Shown here piece by piece: positions 56,957-64,000 of a stretch of 64,000 nt of DNA. This DNA comes from a virus, in the IMG/VR virus record IMGVR_UViG_3300010413_000010, positions 34,635 to 98,634 of that record. One strand, written 5' to 3'. The translations under genes and the position numbers were made by a program. The notes beneath the pieces are model-generated. The model was given only the letters and a program-made list of their open reading frames with translations. It was not told where the DNA came from and searched no databases. Each line of letters begins with the position of its first letter. Within the stretch, counting starts at the first letter, position 1.

Positions 56957-57024
56957 ACTGTGTCCATAGGTGGGCCTGATCTTCTAGAGAGGAAGCAGGG
57001 CCGGTTCAATTCCGGCGCATAGTC
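56957..57024 (+). ncRNA. D-armless tRNA-like element
   Basis: Acceptor-like actgtgt/gcatagt stacked on T arm gccgg-ttcaatt-ccggc. Confidence 0.5.
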
Positions 57025-57037
57025 AGCATCCCTAATG

Positions 57038-57163
57038 GCCTACGGGAAGCCCTTGCAAGTGTCTGAGGCTCACCCCCACAGTGCGGTGGACTCGGTGGAG
57101 TTGGGTAGGCTTTCGGTGTCGCCCCGTCAAGAACGGTGGACGGGTTCAATTCCCGGCCCGACG
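57038..57163 (+). ncRNA. Structured RNA ending in a T-arm module
   Basis: gcctac/gtaggc multibranch domain, then gtcg...cggg-ttcaatt-cccg...cgac. Confidence 0.4.
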
Positions 57164-57183
57164 ATATTACAACTTATGGAGAA

Positions 57184-58413
57184 ATGATGAGGCAAAGTTT
57201 TCAGCAATACGCAAAGGAGCTTTACCGTAAGGACGGTAAAGAAGCTCTTTACGGAGCGTATGAAGAGACAAAGCAGAAGGGACTTCACAATATGAACGTT
57301 TCTTCTTATGACCGGCTATGTCGCCGGATACACAGAGAGTTTCAGGGTGTAGACCCGTTTTTGGAGAACTCACATGAGAATATTGCCACCTTGGAGGAGG
57401 CTATTGAATTCCATGAGATTCCCGAAAGCCTCCAGAGAAACATCAAGAAAGTTAGGTTTTCCTCCTGGGAATCTGGAGAAGAAACGAAGAAAGCAGTAAG
57501 GATTGAGGCGACTGCAGGGGAGAGTGAGCTCACCCCGGAAGAAGCGGCTGCGATTTTCCTTAAAATAGCTACGGAAGGGTTTACGCCCCCGAAAGTAAAA
57601 GCTCCCAAAGCAAAAAAGCAAGAGCTTCTCGGCCTCATGATACTGGCCGATCCACACATAGGCCGACAGGTTTGGGGTAATCGGATTAACGGAGAGAGCT
57701 ACACTCTTGAGGACTCCCGGAATGATTACTTAGAGACTGTCGCCGCCCTAATCGATTCCCGGCCGGTAGATAGATACTTATTTGCCATGCTCGGGGATAC
57801 ACTGAATTCAGATATAACAGGCCCTCAAGGGCTTGGGAAAGCCACTAGCAAAGGCACACCTCAACCGGAGACTGCCGACCCTTTTCAGATGTTTGAGTCT
57901 GCATTAAGGATTCTCAAGGATGCCATTTCTCTACTCCTTGACACTGGAAAGCCAGTCGACATTCTCCATGTATCTGGAAACCATGACAGTGCATCGAGTT
58001 ATCTGCTTATCACTGCTTTGAAACAATTTTTCCACTCTTATAAGGGAGTCACTTTTTACGCCGATGCAAATACTTATCAGTGTTATACCTGGGGTAAACA
58101 TGCGGGTTTATTTCTTCACGGCGATGGACCGAAGCCGGATATGTTACTGAATGTATTCGTCCATGATTATAAAGAAGAATACTTTAAAGCCGATTGGCAT
58201 AGCTGTTACATCGGCCACCAACATTACAGAAAAAAGACCATGCCTGACCTGATAGAGGAGCGAGGATTACGAATCCATCTCCATTCCTCCATGGCCGGAC
58301 ACGACACATGGCACCACCATAAAGGGTACAGGAGCATCAAGATGGGATCACTCCATGTGATTGACAAAGAACGCGGGGAGATTGCCGAAGAGATGCACAA
58401 GCTGACCCGGTAG
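57184..58413 (+). CDS. Calcineurin-like metallophosphoesterase
   Basis: ADPHIG, LGD, GNHD, HGD, GHQH. Confidence 0.85.
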   Translation: MMRQSFQQYAKELYRKDGKEALYGAYEETKQKGLHNMNVSSYDRLCRRIHREFQGVDPFLENSHENIATLEEAIEFHEIPESLQRNIKKVRFSSWESGEETKKAVRIEATAGESELTPEEAAAIFLKIATEGFTPPKVKAPKAKKQELLGLMILADPHIGRQVWGNRINGESYTLEDSRNDYLETVAALIDSRPVDRYLFAMLGDTLNSDITGPQGLGKATSKGTPQPETADPFQMFESALRILKDAISLLLDTGKPVDILHVSGNHDSASSYLLITALKQFFHSYKGVTFYADANTYQCYTWGKHAGLFLHGDGPKPDMLLNVFVHDYKEEYFKADWHSCYIGHQHYRKKTMPDLIEERGLRIHLHSSMAGHDTWHHHKGYRSIKMGSLHVIDKERGEIAEEMHKLTR

Positions 58414-58434
58414 AAAAGATTTTCAGGAGAAACT

Positions 58435-58716
58435 ATGGCATTTATTCTCAATGATTCACGAGAGGTGCGTCAACCGATTGACTTGGCTTCATACGGGATG
58501 CGTCTCGATTATTGGGCGCCTACAAACACAACGGATACACCTGATGGGTCTTTACCTGTTTCGGCAGGGACTGCCGAGGGTGAGGCCGTCTGTGTTGTAC
58601 CCCCTGGGACGTTGACCGTAGCTGGAGATTGGCGTCTCCAGGCTGTGTTGATATCGGCTGAAGGGGAAGTTCCAGCTGTAACAAAAACAGTAAATATCGC
58701 GGCTCGTGGTATGTAA
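58435..58716 (+). CDS. Small beta-rich protein (BppU-N-like)
   Basis: GTL...G.W..QA pattern; GGAG RBS. Confidence 0.5.
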   Translation: MAFILNDSREVRQPIDLASYGMRLDYWAPTNTTDTPDGSLPVSAGTAEGEAVCVVPPGTLTVAGDWRLQAVLISAEGEVPAVTKTVNIAARGM

Positions 58717-58726
58717 GGAGCCCCAC

Positions 58727-58781
58727 GGAGGGGTATACGGAGGGGTATAAGGCCCTTTCTGTAGACATTTTCCGTGGAAAT
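58727..58781 (+). repeat. ~55-bp dispersed repeat, copy 1
   Basis: (ggaggggtata)x2-aggccctt-...-ttttccgtggaaat. Confidence 0.8.
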
Positions 58782-58845
58782 ATTACTCTAAACCGGTGCC
58801 CTCTGTCCGTAGGTTGGGCTGCCACAGGAGAGTGTGTTTTGAAAA

Positions 58846-58894
58846 AATGCCTAACATTGTCCTCACTTACAGAGGGGTGTTAGGCATTTCTTTC
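58846..58894 (+). terminator. Long hairpin, probable terminator
   Basis: aatgcctaaca/tgttaggcatt followed by tcttt. Confidence 0.55.
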
Positions 58895-59528
58895 CCCCTC
58901 CGCTTTTCGATCTGGGAAAGTCAGATGAAGTTATGAAGTCTCTTCTTCACAGGGAGATAACACCATAGGACAATAAACTCTTGTATTTTTGCGCAACCTT
59001 AAAACAGAGAAGTATGCTACCATAAGCAGTAAGCAGAGCTTGGGAGGTTGCTGACTTCTCCAGTACTTTGCTCATTTTTGTCCAGAGCCTTCCCGGTCGT
59101 TGATCGTGGGGGGCTCTTTTTATTTGTAGAAGCTGTGGGAGAAAGGGAGAAACCATGTAATACAATAATAGGAAGACGGTACAGGTTAACTGCGTTTTAT
59201 TTCCAAGAGGATCGGGAAAAAGATGCCTGGAGGTTACGCAAAAAAGAGCTGCAGTAGCCGAAAAATACTGGAGAATGTGCATTAGGGTGAGTAGAAATGG
59301 GCATTACAAAAGTATTACAAAATCAGAAATCGACTTTGGTCGAAATTCTCTTCAGAAATTTCGCTCGGAAAGTATAGAGAATGCCGAAAATCGACCACTC
59401 AAAGCGACCTAAAAGTACCGGACTTCCGTGTAGAGATTAGGGCATGGGGTGGCCGCCCCCGTCCCGACTACGACGTTCGACATTTCCTTTATTTCAGGCT
59501 TTAATGTACTGTAATTATCTATGTATGC

Positions 59529-59557
59529 ATAGTACTCTACAAACAAGAGAATGTCAA
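59529..59557 (-). promoter_or_regulatory. Early-type promoter, leftward
   Basis: TTGACA-17-TACTAT within gagTACTATgca. Confidence 0.75.
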
Positions 59558-59668
59558 GCAAAATCGAAGAAAAACACAAAAGTTTCTGCCTGGGCATAGA
59601 CACCTCCAATAGAAGATAATTATCATATAATTATATCAGAAAACAGGCAGCACTTCCACCGATTTCAG

Positions 59669-59703
59669 TTGACAAAGGCAACTTTAGGTTGTATAGTACT
59701 ATG
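59669..59703 (+). promoter_or_regulatory. Early-type promoter
   Basis: TTGACA-17-TATAGT overlapping the atagtactat palindrome. Confidence 0.75.
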
Positions 59704-59725
59704 CAAAACAACAAGGAGGCTAACA

Positions 59726-60088
59726 ATGATTAGTACCAAAGTGAAAGAGTACAGTTCTTACGTCGATTATGGTGATTGTGGCGGGACCGGGAGTTATTAC
59801 CGCCATCCCTTCGGTGGAGTCTACTCCGATGGAGTCAAAGAGTTCGCCGAAAAGAATGAAGCATTCTGGTTGATTGACGCAATCTTTTCTCACCGGAATA
59901 ATCTTCCGATAGATGATACCACTATCATCTATTGCCACGTGGAAGACGGAAAAGCTATTCTGTTCCACATGCCGACCGATGACGAGACCAAGGTTCTACA
60001 GAAGATTGACTTCACTACCTTGGAACAGGACGCACGGTTTTACTATTCCGGGTATGAAAAGATTCTCTGTACCCTGAATGAGCGGTAG
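59726..60088 (+). CDS. DUF6876-like protein
   Basis: YSDGV...AE...AFWLIDAI.SH...Q.I.FT motif. Confidence 0.7.
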   Translation: MISTKVKEYSSYVDYGDCGGTGSYYRHPFGGVYSDGVKEFAEKNEAFWLIDAIFSHRNNLPIDDTTIIYCHVEDGKAILFHMPTDDETKVLQKIDFTTLEQDARFYYSGYEKILCTLNER

Positions 60089-60297
60089 AACAGAAGGCCG
60101 ACTGTGCAGGAATTCAGTACTAAATTTTTGTATTACATAATTCCCCGGATTTTTAATACTAAAGTTATATTGAGATTTCCCCCGGCTTTGTCGTAACTTG
60201 ACTATAGCTTATGGGAGACTTCCTACGATAGAAGTCAATAAAGTTATGGGAATAGGCGGTCCGTAGAGGTGCGGACCGTCTTTTTTTAACATTTAGT

Positions 60298-60326
60298 TTG
60301 ACAAGTAGTTGTAAATAGAGTACTAT
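60298..60326 (+). promoter_or_regulatory. Early-type promoter
   Basis: TTGACA-17-TACTAT. Confidence 0.75.
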
Positions 60327-60358
60327 ACATACAAGAAACAACAAAAAAGGAGATAGCT

Positions 60359-60988
60359 ATGGGTGTTATCTACAAAGAACTTGAAGGCGAAAATGTCAAA
60401 GTAAGAATCGAGTATGAAGAGTACCCCGAATCCCCCGATTTCTATGACAGGTTGGGGACGATCTATTACACAGAAAACCGGTATTTCGGATTCGGTAAAG
60501 AAGACAAAGGGTTCAACTACAGTGAAGACCTTGCAGAGAAGCACCGGGAACTGGAAAAGGCCGGTGCTATCATTCTCCCGGTCTACGCCCATGTTCATTC
60601 AGGGGTTTCTGTTTCCACCGGCTCCTTTAGCGATCCTTGGGATTCTGGGCAGTGCGGTTTTATCGCCGTTGAGCGGGGAAGGGTGCTGGAAGAATATGGA
60701 AAGAAGATTATCACCAAGAAGGTCCGGGAGACAGTTGTCCGGGTTCTGGAAGGTGAAATCGAAACATGGGACCAGTACTTTACCGGGGAAATCTTCGGGA
60801 TTATCGTAACCGATAATGACGGGGAAGAACTGGAAAGTTGTTGGGGATTCTACGGGTACAAATACACCGAAGAAGAAGCGGACCGCCAGTTGAAAGCTTG
60901 GGACCGTGATGTTGCCAACGAGAAGACCGAAGAGGACGTAATGGGGAACTGTGAATCCATGACCGCCCTTCTTCATGCAACGGTTTAA
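60359..60988 (+). CDS. Conserved acidic mobile-element protein of unknown function
   Basis: LPVY...HSG...ST..F.DPWDSGQ.GFI and ESCWGFYG motifs. Confidence 0.75.
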   Translation: MGVIYKELEGENVKVRIEYEEYPESPDFYDRLGTIYYTENRYFGFGKEDKGFNYSEDLAEKHRELEKAGAIILPVYAHVHSGVSVSTGSFSDPWDSGQCGFIAVERGRVLEEYGKKIITKKVRETVVRVLEGEIETWDQYFTGEIFGIIVTDNDGEELESCWGFYGYKYTEEEADRQLKAWDRDVANEKTEEDVMGNCESMTALLHATV

Positions 60989-61000
60989 GGAGGGGAAACA

Positions 61001-61273
61001 ATGAACAAAATCACCATGGAATATCAGGAGCTTGCAAGGCTGAACACTTTGCATGACTTCAAAAAACATCGGGCCGATGATGATTTGAAGACCCTTGAAA
61101 TAGCAAAAAAGAACGCTATTGAAGCGATCAACAGGAATGACTTCAAGGATGCAATGCAAGAGATACAGGAATGTATTACCCAAAAGGCAATACAATACGA
61201 ATTGGAAAAGTTCTGTATGGACCTGAAGCGTATCATTGAAGACATAGAGGAGGACCAGAATGCAAATACATAA
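61001..61273 (+). CDS. Helical hypothetical protein
   Basis: GGAGG RBS. Confidence 0.65.
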   Translation: MNKITMEYQELARLNTLHDFKKHRADDDLKTLEIAKKNAIEAINRNDFKDAMQEIQECITQKAIQYELEKFCMDLKRIIEDIEEDQNANT

Positions 61274-61559
61274 ACAACTGATAAAGAAGGAAAATAAACT
61301 GCCCGAACAGGTTCGAGCACAGATTATCAGATATGCCGGGGTAAATTTTGAGGTGGTTCACTTCTGGAAGACCGGTACTAGTGATTACTATGTAGTAGTA
61401 CGGACTGAAGACGTAGACGACGGGGATATAGAGGAGTTCTTCTTCTTCCATATCTTCTGGTCCGAACTGACAAAGCGGTGGATGACCAGTGTGGACGGTG
61501 AAGTTGGCCGGAAACTCGAACACAAGAGTAATCCCGCAACATGGTACAAGGTGCAGTAA
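61260..61559 (+). CDS. Hypothetical protein
   Basis: GGAGG RBS. Confidence 0.65.
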   Translation: MQIHKQLIKKENKLPEQVRAQIIRYAGVNFEVVHFWKTGTSDYYVVVRTEDVDDGDIEEFFFFHIFWSELTKRWMTSVDGEVGRKLEHKSNPATWYKVQ

Positions 61560-61571
61560 GGGGGACCAACA

Positions 61572-61841
61572 ATGAATAGATACACTGGAAGAGTGGTAAT
61601 TGAAATTGCATTCGAGATCGAGTTCAGGGATGAGAAGAAGGCCCTGGAAATATACCGGGATATTTTCAATCCCGGTGGAGAACTGAATAATCTGGTAGGT
61701 GATATTGTTGCCGAACGATACCACAATCAGGATGGCCCCTGTCCCTATGCCGATGAAGGAATTGAATACACCATGCACGACTACTGGGACGAAAGAGAAT
61801 CCCCGGCAATCTACCCGAAGGAGGGAAACAATGAAAACTGA
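61572..61841 (+). CDS. Acidic hypothetical protein
   Basis: RBS, packed operon. Confidence 0.6.
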   Translation: MNRYTGRVVIEIAFEIEFRDEKKALEIYRDIFNPGGELNNLVGDIVAERYHNQDGPCPYADEGIEYTMHDYWDERESPAIYPKEGNNEN

Positions 61842-62142
61842 AATACCGAGAATCATAATATCAGCGGACAGTCCGGTCTCCATTGATGATCTTTACATGC
61901 TGAACACCAATTATGAAGGCCTGAAGGTGGAACTGTATATTCTGGATTATTCCGCCGATTCCAAAGTGTTGGCCTACCGTATCGATGAACCGGACACCCC
62001 CGAAGCGGACCGGACCGGAGAAAGAATTCCGGTTATCCTTACACAATATACTTTCTGGGAAGACGCCACTCCCGTTGAAAAGATTATCACCGGCGAGTTC
62101 ACCATGGCCGATATCATGGTCGGGAAGTTCACAAGCCCCTGA
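61831..62142 (+). CDS. Acidic hypothetical protein
   Basis: AAGGAGG before MKTEIP. Confidence 0.6.
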   Translation: MKTEIPRIIISADSPVSIDDLYMLNTNYEGLKVELYILDYSADSKVLAYRIDEPDTPEADRTGERIPVILTQYTFWEDATPVEKIITGEFTMADIMVGKFTSP

Positions 62143-62151
62143 AATCGGGGC

Positions 62152-62180
62152 TTGTTCTTTTAGAAAGCGTATAGTACTAT
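62152..62180 (+). promoter_or_regulatory. Early-type promoter
   Basis: TTGTTC-17-TACTAT with the atagtactat palindrome. Confidence 0.65.
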
Positions 62181-62210
62181 GCGCATACAACAACAAAAAG
62201 GAAGGAAAAT

Positions 62211-62924
62211 ATGGAACATAAAGGAATAAAAGGAAAGATTCAGGATTTCGATACGGACGCTTTTGTGGTTGTTGCTGAAAACACCTCCAAGCCGATTGAA
62301 GTCACCGGGGAGACCTTGGGGGAAGTCAGAAACAACTTCCAGAAGGCCATTGATACTCATATTGCAGAATGTGAAGCTGAAAAAAAGCCCATTATGGACA
62401 ACTTCCGTTTGGCTGATGAGCTGAAAAGGAAAGCCGAATCATGGGTAGACCGGTCCTTCAACTTCATCCATCTTGACGTGTATGAAAAGATGGCCGATGG
62501 TATGTTGTTTGAGTACATCCGCAACCCGGACCCTACCGCTGATGAAGCGATTGAGTGGTACGATGATCGGGACGACGACGAGAAAGCCGAAATCGAAGAG
62601 GAAAGAGACGGCGAAGACTTGGATGAATTTCTTCTGGAAAACTACCGGGACGAGATCGTCTCCTACCGTGACGAGCAGGGACGGGAAAACTACCCCATGT
62701 GGAATACCCTTTTCGAATTCCGGTGGGACGCAAGCGAAGAATGGTTGGTCAAGGCTGAAAAAGCCGGGTTCGGTGTAATTGAAAGACTGGAAGACTTCAA
62801 CCCGACTCTTTTCGTCGCCGGGTGTGGGTATAGCTTCTACGGTACCCACTGGATTCCCCTGTATCTTTCCATCTTTGAAGCTGAAGCTGAATACTATAAG
62901 AATGTCAAATATGACATGATGTAA
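62211..62924 (+). CDS. HicB-like N-terminal domain fused to an acidic conserved domain
   Basis: M.HKG..G....GETL.E....F.KAID..I..C...KKP, then YPMW and G.GYSFY..HWIPLY. Confidence 0.65.
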   Translation: MEHKGIKGKIQDFDTDAFVVVAENTSKPIEVTGETLGEVRNNFQKAIDTHIAECEAEKKPIMDNFRLADELKRKAESWVDRSFNFIHLDVYEKMADGMLFEYIRNPDPTADEAIEWYDDRDDDEKAEIEEERDGEDLDEFLLENYRDEIVSYRDEQGRENYPMWNTLFEFRWDASEEWLVKAEKAGFGVIERLEDFNPTLFVAGCGYSFYGTHWIPLYLSIFEAEAEYYKNVKYDMM

Positions 62925-62933
62925 GGGGGTTGT

Positions 62934-63374
62934 ATGGCAAAGCATAAGGAAAACGGTATCGGTATTGGAACAGGCTCCAACACCGTCCGCCGGTGGGATA
63001 TCAACAGTAGGTCCGGCAATGGGGCCGTCCTTACATTGGTCTATCAAGCCAACAAGGACGGCCAACAGATAAATGCCTACGAGATCGACCCGAATCCCAG
63101 TGTTTCGGTGCGGGTTCGGAAATTGATTGAAGGCGGTTATTTGAGATCGGAATTTGGTCCTACCGCTGATACCGCCGACCGGCCGAAAAACCAGCAACGT
63201 CAGAGGCGAAATCTTTTCATTACAGAGAAGGGAAAGAAGGAATTGGTCCGTCGTGCGCGTGTAGTCGAAAAGAATGGGACCGTGGACGGACTGACCAAAG
63301 ACCCGGAAGAGGGACGGCCGGACCTACGGCCGATCTTTTTCGAGATTGAGAAAGAGGTCCGTGGAGGGGTATAG
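62934..63374 (+). CDS. Winged-helix (MarR/PadR-like) protein
   Basis: V.KL...GYL....R....ITEKGK..L. Confidence 0.6.
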   Translation: MAKHKENGIGIGTGSNTVRRWDINSRSGNGAVLTLVYQANKDGQQINAYEIDPNPSVSVRVRKLIEGGYLRSEFGPTADTADRPKNQQRQRRNLFITEKGKKELVRRARVVEKNGTVDGLTKDPEEGRPDLRPIFFEIEKEVRGGV

Positions 63375-63418
63375 GGAGGGGTATACAGGCCCTTCCGTAG
63401 CATTTTTCCATGGAAAAT
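63363..63418 (+). repeat. ~55-bp dispersed repeat, copy 2
   Basis: (ggaggggtata)x2-caggccctt-...-ttttccatggaaaat. Confidence 0.8.
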
Positions 63419-63623
63419 CATTTTACAAAAGGAGGTAAAAATTAACAGGGTGGAAGAGTAACCAAGCCCCAAAAACAACAAAAGGGGCCGGTCCCCCTTG
63501 GAGCAGGGTATGTATAGTAATATACAGGGTAGGACGTGCCCGAAAATACCCCGTCAGAGCGCTGAGGATTGTCACCAGCGCCTTTTCCAAGGATATCCGG
63601 CTATCTGTAAAGGGAAGGTAAGA

Positions 63624-63818
63624 ATGACGAAATCTAAGCTGAAAAAGATGAAAAAGGACGATCTTATTTTACTGGTTCTGGAAGAACATGAGAAGGCAGC
63701 GAAGTATCAGGAGAATGTGCTGGAGCTGATGAAAAGATTGACCCGGATTCTATCTATTTTCAAAAAGTATCCTGCTTTGGAGAAGCAGCTCCCAGCCGAT
63801 TCTAAGATCGAAAACTAA
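63624..63818 (+). CDS. Small hypothetical protein
   Basis: L.KMKK.DLI motif; RBS. Confidence 0.5.
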   Translation: MTKSKLKKMKKDDLILLVLEEHEKAAKYQENVLELMKRLTRILSIFKKYPALEKQLPADSKIEN

Positions 63819-63874
63819 CCTGCTGAAGCTTGGAGTTTCGCTACCAGGTTGAAAAACAAGCTGCGAAGAGAAGA

Positions 63875-63926
63875 AAGCCCCGTATCGGGAAACCTGAAAA
63901 TAGGACTAACCGATACGGGGCTTTTT
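63875..63926 (+). terminator. Intrinsic terminator
   Basis: aagccccgtatcgg/ccgatacggggctt followed by a T run. Confidence 0.75.
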
Positions 63927-64000
63927 GTGCTTGGGGGCTGCCGTTTTTATCAGTGCTTGGGGTTGAAAAATGTGTCAGAAATTCTTGTCTGAAAATTTCC

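Noticed and set aside
54381-57022. ORF-track entries over the RNA cluster (54677, 56109, 56314, 56822 and others)
   Set aside because: They overlap tRNAs or structured RNAs and lack an RBS or protein motifs.
56957-57024. Amber suppressor tRNA and TAG recoding
   Set aside because: A ttCTAga loop would have only a 2-bp stem, and genes are full length under the standard code.
60599-63197. Long minus-strand ORFs (198-252 aa) in the early region
   Set aside because: Antisense shadows of + strand genes that have clear promoters and RBSs.

Overview
This window is a 64-kb segment of a large tailed-phage genome, with no host genes or attachment junctions visible. It also carries a complete plasmid-type replicon, so it is most likely a phage-plasmid. 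From left to right: two large tail/receptor-binding proteins and a lysis cassette (+ strand, 1-9.8 kb). Next is a long minus-strand block of nucleotide metabolism, recombination and replication genes: class II RNR split by a group I intron with a LAGLIDADG endonuclease, thioredoxin, radical SAM protein, ThyX, split SbcC plus SbcD, RecA, SSB, UvsY-like, clamp loader, primase, PolA with an N-terminal UDG-like domain, sliding clamp, DnaB-like and SNF2 helicases, and two MTases. A HigBA toxin-antitoxin pair is inserted on the + strand. A plasmid maintenance module follows: tyrosine recombinase with an 11-6-11 site, Rep, a 21-bp iteron origin with DnaA boxes, and ParA with a partner and centromere-like repeats. 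After that come a dense RNA-gene cluster (54.6-57.2 kb) and an early-gene-like region with a shared promoter motif. The most unusual material is in the RNA cluster. It holds a 78-nt tmRNA reduced to its tRNA-like domain, a stem-closed small RNA whose loop is antisense to the conserved 5' end of 16S rRNA and also carries an anti-Shine-Dalgarno tract, several non-canonical tRNAs, and unassigned structured RNAs. All calls come from reading motifs and base pairing by eye; no searches were run, and novelty is untested.
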